DNA from: a virus
Taxonomy: Duplodnaviria > Caudoviricetes
DNA: 64,000 nucleotides
Direction: 5' to 3' (one strand)
Virus record (IMG/VR): IMGVR_UViG_3300015370_001134
Location: 6,521 to 70,520 of that record
Positions 28,956 to 39,800 of this stretch are shown piece by piece. The position numbers and the translations under genes were made by a program. Under the pieces are notes generated by a model, which was given only the letters and a program-made list of their open reading frames with translations, did no database searches and had not been told where the DNA came from. Positions within the stretch are counted from its first letter, which is position 1, and each line of letters starts with the position of its first letter.

Positions 28956-30550
28956 TGATCTGTCTCCTTAAGAATTTCATCAATGATTCCATCGGCAATA
29001 GCATCCTGTTCTTCTTGCTCTTCAGGTGTAAGTTCTGGCTTGTGAAACTTTGTGTGGAGGGCCATCTTCTTTATGAATTTATCAAAATAAGGATCTTTAA
29101 AATCACTTGCAAAACCAAGGTCAGAGAGTTCATCACTTAGTCGAGTTAATTCTATATTATCAATTTCAGAACGGGCTTCACCCAAGGCATACAGATAATT
29201 TCGTCTATCAATGCGCCGCAATGTTTCCGTATCAACCGTTGATCGCAAACCGAACAGATCACTTTTAAGCAACCCAGAAACTCCCATACCTTGTGGATCT
29301 TCAATTGGCTCTTCAGCTCGAATTAACCCACCTTCTTTAATGAGAATACGTACTTGCTCCTTCCTCAAACTGCCAATCATCAAAGGATCGTGGGTGGTAA
29401 CCAGTATTTGTGATGAACTATCACCAATCACATTTTTTATTGCTTCAAAATATCGGAGCTTCCAGATTGGATTTAGGTGTGTGTCCGGCTCATCGAGTAA
29501 AAAAAGAGTTTCTTCCTCTTTGGTAAGACGCATAAGCCCAAGAACAGTTAACAACTGCTGCTCCCCTTCAGAGAGTTCACGAAATGAAATATCTCCTTGG
29601 GTATGCTTATGCTTGACCTTAATTCTTACCTCATCAATCAAATCCGATATATAGGTACTTTCCAAATACTTAAAAAAAGTTACTGGCGTTGGCTCAGGTG
29701 AATCCTTATCGTCAAAAGCATTGGCCAGACTATGGAGTTCCTTTTCATCCTGAAGAAAGAGGTAAAGAAGTTCAAATTTTTCTTTCCGATCACGAAAGTC
29801 AATCGTACGAGACTCTTCACTGTCAATTGGTGCAATTGCATAGTCCCAGAGTTTATCGAGGAAGTACCGCACTTTTCCACGAGCATACCAAAATCGGTTA
29901 TCTCCATTTTTAAGAATGGCTTCAGATGGATTGCTGCCAAACCAGTAGGGTCTTTTCAGCACGAAAAGAACCGATTCCAAATTAAGAATGCCCAGATCAG
30001 AAAGAATTTTTTTCACCTCTTCATCATTATCAATGAGATATGCCAGAAGAACAAACTGAGAGTGCACATTTCGACAGAGAAAGAGCCGACGTAATGGTAT
30101 GTCTTCATCACTCAGAAGATCATCATAGAATTTTTTTTGATGACGATGAAACAGCTCTTCTATTCGGTCATTTTTACCAGAATAGTATGCAAATACATTT
30201 TTAGGAAGAAAGCCATTCTCTTCTTTACTGATTGCTGTGGCTGAACTTTTCTTGCCATCTACTTTAACAAGTGGATTTTCGCTCTTTTCCGCTTCCACCT
30301 CAATTGTGTGACCACGCACCTCATATTCGAGTTTATAAGTGAACTCCGGCTTGTTTTTCAAATCCAAATCACGAAAAATCGTTATGATTGCTTCAAAGAG
30401 ATTTGATTTACCAGAACCGTTCTGACCAATAATTGCATGGCTGTTGAACTGCATAATATTACCAGCAGCATCGTTGCCTTCTGAGATAAAATCAATTTTG
30501 AAATCTTTGAGGTTCCGGAACTCTCCTATATGCAGTTTATTAATTCTCAT
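28952..30550 (-). CDS. ABC/AAA_21-type ATPase, PtuA-like
   Basis: Walker A GQNGSGKS, signature LSEGEQQ, Walker B LLDEPDTH, H-loop VTTHDP. Confidence 0.85.
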   Translation of the reverse strand: MRINKLHIGEFRNLKDFKIDFISEGNDAAGNIMQFNSHAIIGQNGSGKSNLFEAIITIFRDLDLKNKPEFTYKLEYEVRGHTIEVEAEKSENPLVKVDGKKSSATAISKEENGFLPKNVFAYYSGKNDRIEELFHRHQKKFYDDLLSDEDIPLRRLFLCRNVHSQFVLLAYLIDNDEEVKKILSDLGILNLESVLFVLKRPYWFGSNPSEAILKNGDNRFWYARGKVRYFLDKLWDYAIAPIDSEESRTIDFRDRKEKFELLYLFLQDEKELHSLANAFDDKDSPEPTPVTFFKYLESTYISDLIDEVRIKVKHKHTQGDISFRELSEGEQQLLTVLGLMRLTKEEETLFLLDEPDTHLNPIWKLRYFEAIKNVIGDSSSQILVTTHDPLMIGSLRKEQVRILIKEGGLIRAEEPIEDPQGMGVSGLLKSDLFGLRSTVDTETLRRIDRRNYLYALGEARSEIDNIELTRLSDELSDLGFASDFKDPYFDKFIKKMALHTKFHKPELTPEEQEEQDAIADGIIDEILKETDQ

Positions 30551-30561
30551 TATTCCTCGAT

Positions 30562-32496
30562 TTATGCCTCAACAATTCTGACTTCTGCCTTTTCTGGCTC
30601 TTCAATCCAGCTGTTAACCATTTCAATTTTAAGCTGATAATAAAATTCATCAATAGGCAAACCTGAATGGTTCCAAAGTGCTTTGGCCGAAAGTTCATCA
30701 TTATTTTGTGCCAAGATGGCGCTAAGGGGGGCATTGTCTTTAGTATCAGGCTTTTTCACCAGTTTGAGTTTGGTGATCAATTCGGTCTTTGGTGCTTTCA
30801 TTTTTTCTTGTTTCTCCATGGATATACCTGTGATACTCTCAACCATCGATTGAGCTAATAGTTTTGATATTTGTCGTGATTTCTTTATTTTTTTTTGCAA
30901 AATATCACAAATGGACAAGAGAGCCTGGATTTTTTCAACAATTTTTTTTTGTTCAATTAGCGGAGGAACTGGAACCATAAGACTCTCCGCATCACCAACT
31001 CTTAGATGTTTTACCATTGCACCAACGGCAACTTTCATCATTCTTTTAATAAAATTTGGGCTATAAATTGCGTAAATAAGGAAGTTCTTTTCAAATAAAT
31101 TGGGGAAAAGCCTTATTAGCATTGTGCGTTGTCCCAAACAGACAGTTGCTCCTTTAGGTACAATTGCAGCCTCTCCCATTGGCGCTTCTCTTGTAAAAAA
31201 AATATCCCCACTAATAGGAGGCATTCGCCTGGCCCAAAAATCATAGGTTTCTGTCGTAATTTTTTTTGTAAACTGTAAATTCATAAAGCCATTACGAATA
31301 TCCGATGTCCGTACCAGGTGAATACCAGAATCTACATATGGTGCTGTTTTATTATGGCAATCCACGACAGCTTTCGAAATTTGTAAAAATGATGCCCATA
31401 CCCAATGATCAGGTATTTTTACCTTAGGGTAATTTAGTTTCTGTTTTTTGAGCTTTTTCATCATTATTCGAGCTTCCTTAAGCTCTTGCCCTTCAGAATT
31501 AGCCTCCCATTCTTTTCTTGCGCTTTCAATTTGTCTTAATAAATCTTCCCCATTAAAGACTAATTTTTTATCTATAGGTATTAGATTTCCATTAAGGGCA
31601 ACGTCCTTAATAGCACTTTTCAACTCCTCCACATCCTCTGGGAGTTCAAGTAACCTCGGTATGTTTTCTTCCGCTCGTTTCCAGGCAGTAAACAGTTCAT
31701 TCCCTCCTTGAGCTTTAGCTAAAGCCTCCAGGGTTGAAGTACGAGCATTTTTTATGAGCACCGATCGTTTCTGTTGCTGCCCTTCAAGTTGATCACACAA
31801 AGCCATAAGTTGATCCACTTTGGCAACAATTCGTTTTTGCTCTTCAATTGGAGGCAACCCAACTTCCCCATTTAAAAGGGTTTTTGTATCAAGATGTGGA
31901 ATTGCAGCGCCCTTCATACTTGAATTAAGTTTTTGGAAACCTTGTTGAAATATCAATTTCACAAAAGGTTGAATAAATGGGGGCGTCTGAATGATTGCTA
32001 AAGTTGATCCTACTACACCAAATTTCCCCTGTAAAATTAGCCCGCTTCGAGAACCATCACAAACTACAAGAATATCTTCATCATGACATTTAAAGGCTTT
32101 TTCATCATTGGTAAATCTTCTTACGTTTCCTCTATCTAATGCTTCGATATCTTGATAAGGATACTTTTTTTTTGTTTCACTTAAATCTTTAGGATTTTTC
32201 CCTTTTAATAAACTGAAAAGGTCCATATTTTTTACTTGCACCCAATTCGGGGGCAAAGTCAAAAAAATTTTTGACTTTACACTAAGACTTCTGACTTTTT
32301 TTCCCCTTAGGCGCAATTGCTCCGAATTATACGCCTTCACTTCGTCAAGTAATTCCACTGCGGAACTATCCGTTGTCAATTGCTCTGTGAGTCTTCCTTT
32401 TAATCCGAGAAATAAAATCATCTCTCTCAGTCTTTGCACGCCACCAGGAGCATTAGCGATAACACTGAGCTCATCTAAAAATGTCTGAGGATTCAT
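30562..32496 (-). CDS. hsdS: Type I RM specificity subunit with an extra ~85-aa C-terminal domain
   Basis: Two TRDs with conserved LPPIEEQKRIVAKVDQL and VPPLIEQKKIVEKI spacers; 644 aa. Confidence 0.9.
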   Translation of the reverse strand: MNPQTFLDELSVIANAPGGVQRLREMILFLGLKGRLTEQLTTDSSAVELLDEVKAYNSEQLRLRGKKVRSLSVKSKIFLTLPPNWVQVKNMDLFSLLKGKNPKDLSETKKKYPYQDIEALDRGNVRRFTNDEKAFKCHDEDILVVCDGSRSGLILQGKFGVVGSTLAIIQTPPFIQPFVKLIFQQGFQKLNSSMKGAAIPHLDTKTLLNGEVGLPPIEEQKRIVAKVDQLMALCDQLEGQQQKRSVLIKNARTSTLEALAKAQGGNELFTAWKRAEENIPRLLELPEDVEELKSAIKDVALNGNLIPIDKKLVFNGEDLLRQIESARKEWEANSEGQELKEARIMMKKLKKQKLNYPKVKIPDHWVWASFLQISKAVVDCHNKTAPYVDSGIHLVRTSDIRNGFMNLQFTKKITTETYDFWARRMPPISGDIFFTREAPMGEAAIVPKGATVCLGQRTMLIRLFPNLFEKNFLIYAIYSPNFIKRMMKVAVGAMVKHLRVGDAESLMVPVPPLIEQKKIVEKIQALLSICDILQKKIKKSRQISKLLAQSMVESITGISMEKQEKMKAPKTELITKLKLVKKPDTKDNAPLSAILAQNNDELSAKALWNHSGLPIDEFYYQLKIEMVNSWIEEPEKAEVRIVEA

Positions 32497-34271
32497 TATG
32501 CTTCCTCACTGAAATGGTGTGCAAAGGCGGCAGCCAACTCATGCTTCAATTGTTCTTCAGTCGCAACAATCTGCTCTGTAACCTTTTTTAATTTTAACAA
32601 CAACTCGTCCGGATCGTGAATTTCTGATTCAGGTGTATTAGGATTCTTTTCATCAAGATTATAAATTGGCCAGAAAATTCGATCGCCGGAAGCTTGCTCG
32701 TCCTTGGCTTTTAACCGAAGTTTCTCAGCCTTATTTTTAAGAATTTCAATCTCTTCATCCACCTGCTCCCGCTCCGTTTTCCCATTTGTTCCTTTTATGG
32801 ATTTTCGAAGTTCTTTTAGATTACTTTCCAGATCCGAAGCTTCATTATTCAGTGTTTCAGCTTTATCCCAAAAGGGTTTTGCTTTTGCTTCAGCCACAAG
32901 CTTACGAGACTTAAAATCAATTTTCCAGGCGAATTCACTCTCTTCACGGTCTGCAAAACCGTTTGACTCTTTGCCCCACCATTCTTTCTCTCTCTGAAAT
33001 TCTTCAAGTTTTAGCGGTTTTGTTTTCGAATAGCTTTTATATCCCGACGGATAGGGATGCTCATAATACCAAATTGTTTCGGTGGGTTTTCCTTTGGTAA
33101 AAAAAAGTAAATTTGTCTTAATGCCGGTATAAGGATTAAACACACCATTGGGAAGACGAATAATTGTATGAAGACTACACTCATCCAGCAAAAGCTGTTT
33201 TACCTTTGCTTTGACTCCTTCACCAAAAAGATTTCCATCTGGTAATACAATTGCCCCTCGCCCACCGTCTTTCAACAATTTTTTGACAATAAGTGTTAAA
33301 AACATATCTGATGTTTCCCTTGTGCGGACATCTGCGGGGAAATCAGTCCCTACTCCATCCTCTTCCATTCCACCAAAAGGAGGATTCGTAATCACACAAT
33401 CTACCTGATCATTTTTCGACCAATCATTCCAGCCTTTTGATAGAGTGTTGCGGTGTTCAATCTGTGATGGCACGTCAATGCCATGAAGCATCATATTGGT
33501 GGTACAGAGCAGGTGTGGCAGTTGTTTTTTTTCAATACCGTGAATACAGACTTCAACCGCCTTTTTATCATCCGCTCCAGACTTTTTATTTATCTGGGAA
33601 TTGAAGTGATCGATTACGGCTGTTAAGAATCCTCCGGTGCCACAAGCTGGATCAAGAACGGTTTCCCGTTTATCTAAACGAGGGTTGACCATTTGTGTCA
33701 TGAACTGAGTCACTGCTCGGGGTGTATAAAATTCTCCCGCATTACCCGCACTCCTTAGATCATTTAAAATCTGTTCATACATATTCCCCAAGTTCTGACG
33801 ATTTTTAAAATCATGGAAATCAATCGCTTCATCAAGTTTTTCAATCACCTCAAGCATTAATGTGCCGGATTTCATATAATTATTCGAATCCACAAAAACC
33901 TCACGCACTACTTTTGCTTTTGCTATCTCAATGTTTTCGGAAGCCCCTTCAATATTCAACTCCTTAAGGCCAGGGAATACTTTATTATTCACATAGTCAA
34001 TCAACTCACTTGCTTGTATTTGCGGTGCAAGTTTGCCGTCTTTGCTTGGCAGATACTTTGCCCACTTGCGCCAACGACACTCTTCTGGAATGGGTGATTT
34101 GTATTTTTTTTTCTTGTCCGCAGCATCATCTTCCCACTCTTCTTCTTTTTGATCAAAAACTTTAAGAAAAAGCATCCAGGTTAACTGTCCTATCCGCTGG
34201 GCATCTCCGTCCACTCCATCATCTTTTCGCATGATGTCTTGAATACTTTTTATAGTGCTGCTTAAACTCAT
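32496..34271 (-). CDS. hsdM: Type I RM N6-adenine methyltransferase with C-terminal coiled-coil insertion
   Basis: GEFYTPR, LDPACGTGGFL (motif I), ITNPPF (motif IV). Confidence 0.93.
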   Translation of the reverse strand: MSLSSTIKSIQDIMRKDDGVDGDAQRIGQLTWMLFLKVFDQKEEEWEDDAADKKKKYKSPIPEECRWRKWAKYLPSKDGKLAPQIQASELIDYVNNKVFPGLKELNIEGASENIEIAKAKVVREVFVDSNNYMKSGTLMLEVIEKLDEAIDFHDFKNRQNLGNMYEQILNDLRSAGNAGEFYTPRAVTQFMTQMVNPRLDKRETVLDPACGTGGFLTAVIDHFNSQINKKSGADDKKAVEVCIHGIEKKQLPHLLCTTNMMLHGIDVPSQIEHRNTLSKGWNDWSKNDQVDCVITNPPFGGMEEDGVGTDFPADVRTRETSDMFLTLIVKKLLKDGGRGAIVLPDGNLFGEGVKAKVKQLLLDECSLHTIIRLPNGVFNPYTGIKTNLLFFTKGKPTETIWYYEHPYPSGYKSYSKTKPLKLEEFQREKEWWGKESNGFADREESEFAWKIDFKSRKLVAEAKAKPFWDKAETLNNEASDLESNLKELRKSIKGTNGKTEREQVDEEIEILKNKAEKLRLKAKDEQASGDRIFWPIYNLDEKNPNTPESEIHDPDELLLKLKKVTEQIVATEEQLKHELAAAFAHHFSEEA

Positions 34272-34304
34272 TTTAATCTTTCTTCTTTAAATTATCATTA
34301 TATA

Positions 34305-36725
34305 TTATGCACTTAAACCTTCATAAAGTGCTTGTTCTAGTTCTGTAATTGCTTCGGAATATTTTTCAAGCCCACCGAATATTTCACGTCTAATCTGAGT
34401 TTTACTTCCAATTCGATTAAATGGCGGAAGTTCTAAGATTTTTGGATCTTCTATATCTACTATTCCATGAGCTGCATATTTTTCTAATAACGCTTCCAGC
34501 ACTTGCCTTGCTTGATCACTGTATTTTCCAAAATAATTTCGTTTTTTTACATTATTTACACGCTCTTTTCTGGAAAGTGGTTTTTGATCAAAGGCTATAT
34601 GAGTAATCAGATCAAAAATACCAAATTGTTCTGAATTTGGGATGGCCTGCCTTAACACTTTGAGATCAACCCCTTGTTCTTTTAATTCATCGATAATTGC
34701 CTTTTTCCGATCAGTTGCACTCCAATGATTTAAAAAATCCTTTAGTGTTCCGAACTGATGGTGTAATGATTTCCTGATTTCTTCCTTCAAAAAAACTTGA
34801 TACTCCTCAGTAATCAATTTCCCATCAGTATCAAGATACTGCTCTCGCCATACCCCCTGATTAACCTCGACATCGTCAACTACATAACGACCAGGCCTTT
34901 CAGAAATTCCACCTTCATCTCCACCATCATCAACGTCAGACCACTCAGGATATTCAGGATGGCCACCACCTTCATCTTCAAACTCAGACTGAGTTAATTC
35001 CTCTTCAGGTGGCACAATGGGTTCATCTGGTTTTGGCTCGTAAATGACAACAGGTTCACCATCAAAGTCTGGATCTGCAAAAAGCCGGGTGGCATTTTTA
35101 AAATCCATCACAGTAAAATAAAGTTTGTGATAATCTTCACGAATACGTGTACCCCGCCCTATAATCTGCTTGAACTCGGTCATGGAATTTATGCTCTGAT
35201 CAAGGACAATAAGCTTGCATGTTTTTGCATCGACACCAGTACTTAAAAGTTTTGAGGTTGTTGCAATAACAGGAAATGATTCGTCATTATCTATAAAATA
35301 AGAAAGTTGAGCTTTGCCTTCTGAGTCATCTCCGGTGATCCGCATCACGTAACGTCTATTATTCGCTGCTGCTGGTATCAGTTTAACTAATGCCTGACGC
35401 ATTCTTTCTGCATGGTCCTGATCGTCACAAAATACAATTGTCTTTGACATGGGATCTGTTTTTTCAAGATATTCCCAAACCTTTGAAGCAACAAATTCGG
35501 TACGTTTGGTTAAAATCATATTTCGATCATAGTCTTTCGTGTTGTATTGACGATGTTCAATGACTTTCCCGTTTTTATCAATTTTTCCTAATTCAGGGGT
35601 ATAACCAAGAGCATCTACATCTGATACAACACGAATGACCTTATAAGGTGCTAAAAAGCCATCCTCGATGCCTTGTTTTAGAGAATAAGTATAAATCGGA
35701 TCACCAAAATAATGAGTATTTGAAGTATCTCTTGTTTCTTTAGGCGTAGCGGTCAAACCCAAATGAGTGGCACTATTAAAGTATTCCAGTACAACACGCC
35801 AAGCTGAATCCTCAGAAGCACTGCCTCGATGACACTCATCTATGACAACCAAATCAAAAAAATCTGATGGAAACTGCCTAAAAATCTGTTTCCATTCTTC
35901 ATTCCCTGTAACTGCTTGATAAAGAGAAAGATATATCTCGTAATTTTTTTTAACCTCTCGATTTGATATTTTATGCATTATCTCACCAAAAGGTGAAAAA
36001 TCTTGCAGCATCGTTTGATCAACAAGAATATTTCGGTCGGCAAGAAACAAAATCCGCTTTTTTGCCTTGGCTTTCCACAACCGCCAAATAATTTGAAAAG
36101 CCGTGTATGTCTTCCCTGTTCCTGTAGCCATAACTAGCAAGAGCCTATTCTGCCCTTTGGCAATGGCTTCGATTGCTCTATTTATAGCAACTCTTTGATA
36201 ATATCGGGCAGCCTTTCCTGATCCATCTACATGGTAAGGCTGCTCAACTAAATGCACACTATTTTCATTATCAAGGCCCTTCCAAGTTCTGTATAAAGGC
36301 CAAAGTTCAGAAAATTTGGGAAATTCCTCAAGCCCTAACTCTCTTTCAATTGGTTCAGTCAAACCCGTCCGATCATGAAACAAAAACCCATCTCCATTGG
36401 AGCTGAAAGCAAAAGGAACATCCAGCATTTCAGCATATAAAAGCGCCTGCGGCATGCCATGACCGACAGAATAAATATTGCGTTTTGCTTCCACAACTGC
36501 GACTGGGACATTAGGACGGGCGTAAATTACATAGTCTGCTCTTTTGGGTCCGCCTTTTGCTTCAGGATTCTTAACTCGGGATGCTAATTTGCCCCGAACC
36601 ATTATCCGACCATCAGTAAGCTTAACTTCTTCTCGAAACTGAGACTGATCCCAACCAGCCTGTTCAATAGAAGGCGTAATATATTTTGTACAAATATCAC
36701 GCTCACTGAGCTCTCTTTTTTTCAT
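34305..36725 (-). CDS. hsdR: Type I RM restriction subunit (EcoAI/EcoEI-like)
   Basis: ADY...VVEAK nuclease motif, MATGTGKT, IDECHRGS, LTATP, QIIGRGTR; start refined to MKKRELSERD (RBS GGAGAGG). Confidence 0.93.
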   Translation of the reverse strand: MKKRELSERDICTKYITPSIEQAGWDQSQFREEVKLTDGRIMVRGKLASRVKNPEAKGGPKRADYVIYARPNVPVAVVEAKRNIYSVGHGMPQALLYAEMLDVPFAFSSNGDGFLFHDRTGLTEPIERELGLEEFPKFSELWPLYRTWKGLDNENSVHLVEQPYHVDGSGKAARYYQRVAINRAIEAIAKGQNRLLLVMATGTGKTYTAFQIIWRLWKAKAKKRILFLADRNILVDQTMLQDFSPFGEIMHKISNREVKKNYEIYLSLYQAVTGNEEWKQIFRQFPSDFFDLVVIDECHRGSASEDSAWRVVLEYFNSATHLGLTATPKETRDTSNTHYFGDPIYTYSLKQGIEDGFLAPYKVIRVVSDVDALGYTPELGKIDKNGKVIEHRQYNTKDYDRNMILTKRTEFVASKVWEYLEKTDPMSKTIVFCDDQDHAERMRQALVKLIPAAANNRRYVMRITGDDSEGKAQLSYFIDNDESFPVIATTSKLLSTGVDAKTCKLIVLDQSINSMTEFKQIIGRGTRIREDYHKLYFTVMDFKNATRLFADPDFDGEPVVIYEPKPDEPIVPPEEELTQSEFEDEGGGHPEYPEWSDVDDGGDEGGISERPGRYVVDDVEVNQGVWREQYLDTDGKLITEEYQVFLKEEIRKSLHHQFGTLKDFLNHWSATDRKKAIIDELKEQGVDLKVLRQAIPNSEQFGIFDLITHIAFDQKPLSRKERVNNVKKRNYFGKYSDQARQVLEALLEKYAAHGIVDIEDPKILELPPFNRIGSKTQIRREIFGGLEKYSEAITELEQALYEGLSA

Positions 36726-36820
36726 TTCCTCTCCAAAAATGTTGGATACCCGATTCAAAAAACAATCCATAATCACAAGGTTTAAAAGAATTTTATTCGC
36801 TTTCCATATCTCACCTTTTT

Positions 36821-39800
36821 CTACCCTGCCGGAGGTGTTTTTATAGCCTTACCATTTTTTACCTTCCGATGAAACACATCTAAATCCAAATCTGCAACAT
36901 TTATAGAAATTTGATCCACACCATGTGCGTGTGAAATAAGGCGTTCAAAAGATTCTTTATACGGAGCCTGCATAGTAGAGCCACCGTACTGACCTTTGTT
37001 GACCACAACGATGTGCTGGTACATATGATAATGGAGCGCACCAACCATGGCATCAAAAGTTCTGACATCCTTATTATGTGCTGGTATAACGAACAAATGA
37101 GACTTATTTTTCAAATCTGAAGCAAGTTTGAGATCTGTTGAGTCATAGCAAATGGCCCCTGTAATTTTCAAGGGATCTTTTGAAATCCCTTCCACCTCTA
37201 TTATGTGCTGGCAAGGGCGGAAAGAACTCACTCCCAACTCTTTTTCAACTAATGTTGGATGTGCCTTGCCTTGATCCCGGATCACCCATTGCCGACCTGA
37301 TTCTCGATAATCTGGTATTAACCATCGTGCTTTATTTACCAATTTCCCATCAGAATCTATGAAAATCATCCCGGCAAAAATCATTGAGCGTGTTTTATCG
37401 GCTAATCTTTTTAGTATATCTTGATCATCTGAATGTATCGCTACTTCTGGAAAAACTATCAAATCTGCAAAAGCTGGCCTTTTTTCTTTTTCAGTACCAG
37501 CTTTGCAAATCAATGTTTTATAAGTGAGACTACATATTTTTGCCAAATGATCCCGATTTCTCTCTTTAACCGGTGATGAACTTAAAGTAGGATCAGAGTC
37601 TGAAAAATCTTTGGTTTTTGGAAGCAGTTGTTGAACTGTAACCAATCTAAAGTGTGCATTATTTGATTTATTCGGTCTTTTTATTTTAGTTATGACAACC
37701 GGCATTTTGGATGCTTCACAATGAAAATCATTTAACAATGAAATTTGGTTTTCAATTACAATCCTACAACTTTCTAAATCATAAATAGTCTTTAATGAGT
37801 CCTCTCGAATGTGGGTGGATTCAAAACCTGGCCATTGAAGACAAATCATTAGAAATTCTGAAGCCCAGGTTGATAAAGTTGCATAATCACCAACAAGAGC
37901 CTCCGGTGCATGCATCATTCCCATTCGCCTCTTATACCAATTCGTCCGGAGCCCTTTGTAACCATTTATTTTACCACTTTTCCATCTATTGCCGGTATAA
38001 TCGTCTTTTCCTATGACAACCGCTCTTAATATTGAGCCAATCCAGTAGATAACATCTGCACCTGGTGTATCAGACAACCATGGCGGTGTGCTGAACCGTG
38101 GATCTTTCAAAATTTTGGCTGTATCTTTACTAACTTCAATTTGACAGCCGGGAACCCAGATTTCTTTCCAATCAGTAGCTAAACCTTTTCCCCCTGGTTT
38201 TGGTCTTACAAACAACTGTGATGGAGATAAGCCCAAGACATTTTGCTTTTCCTCATAAAGCGTCAATAATTCCAAAGATAATTTTAAAAACGCAGCCTCA
38301 TGAACAAACCCATTTGATTCCGAAAATATAAGTTGACTCAATCTTTGTTTTGCAAATCGAGAGACAGTTGAAGGTTTATAGGGGCGTGCCCATTCAAATT
38401 TCTTCGATATTTCGATAAAATCATCTGATTTATTGATTTGACTCCAAAAGAATCCCCAGAGATCGCCGCCTCTTTTAGCTAACTCATCGATAATTTTTGA
38501 AAGTTCTGTTTCATCAAACTCTTCTATAATTCCAAATAATTGCCGTGCAATAATTGAAGGAGTTCCACTAATTTGACCTGCAATTTCAAAGAGAGCCAAT
38601 TTTTGGCTTTTCCATTCTATTGGCTTACCCGCTAATATTTTATGCAACGTGTGCTGAATCGTTTCTTCAGAATCATCCAATGGAACAGACTTTTCCAATA
38701 CGGCAAGCAGGAGCAGTGCTTGTCTTTGAACAAAAATTGGTAGTTTGCTCGATGATATGGCCTTTTGGGCATAATGTCCTGCAATACCTAACATTCCTGA
38801 TGGATCGGCACTATCAGGATACTGAATTCTTTCATAATAGCTTTTGAATTCGATGCAGAAACGAAAAATATCGGCCAAGACATAATCAGATAAACAGCTA
38901 TTTATCTGATCAATATCTTTGCGATTTTTTCCGCTAAAACTACATCTTTCATATAGAGATTTTAAAACTGGCTCTAAGAGTTGAGGTGTGGGATATATTT
39001 CAAAAGCTTTTCTTAAAACTAAAGACAAAGAGGGATCTTGTATCCAAGACCAGATTAATTTTTTAGCAAGCAATTCACTCTCATTATCAATAGATCCCAT
39101 GGATTTTTCATTATTCGGATCTTCTCTTTCCCCAAGACGTCTTTTATTTCTCATTAGAATTTCAAGTCTATTCGCAGCGAATCTTTTCAATGTATCTGGT
39201 CTAACATCATGATCGAATTTGGCCACTCTTAAAAGAGGTGCGTCGGAAAGAGAGTCCAAATCAGAAGGCAATCCATCTGTTTGAGTTGTTAATAGACCTT
39301 CTAATATGCTTATTGCTCCGTCTAAAGTATCCCTGTCAACCGGTCCACTAATTTCCTTTTGCAGTTGATTAATTCTACCTGACAGGCTACCGCTACTATC
39401 CAAATCAACCAGTGATATTATTTGAGTTTTATCATTGTTTAATGAAAGCTCTTGTCCCCCTCTTTTTTTTAATTCTTGATTGATCCAGTTATTAATATTT
39501 TTTGTTACTTGCTCTATTGAACTTGCTTCATTCGTACTGATCACTAATCTCAAATCATCCACATAGCGGCAATAGTCATGTAAAACAACTCCTTCAAGTT
39601 GAGGTAAATTGTTTCCAATTTTTGAACCAACGAACTCGTCAAAATTAATCAAATATGAATTTGCCAAAAAACCTGCTGCAACAAGCCCTTGTGGGAGTCC
39701 TTTTCCTAAATTAATGCCTATTCTTTTGGCTTTGACTTTGGCTGTTTTATTCCAGTTCCAATTTGTAATATTCTGAATTGACTGCCAAAATTGCTCACAA

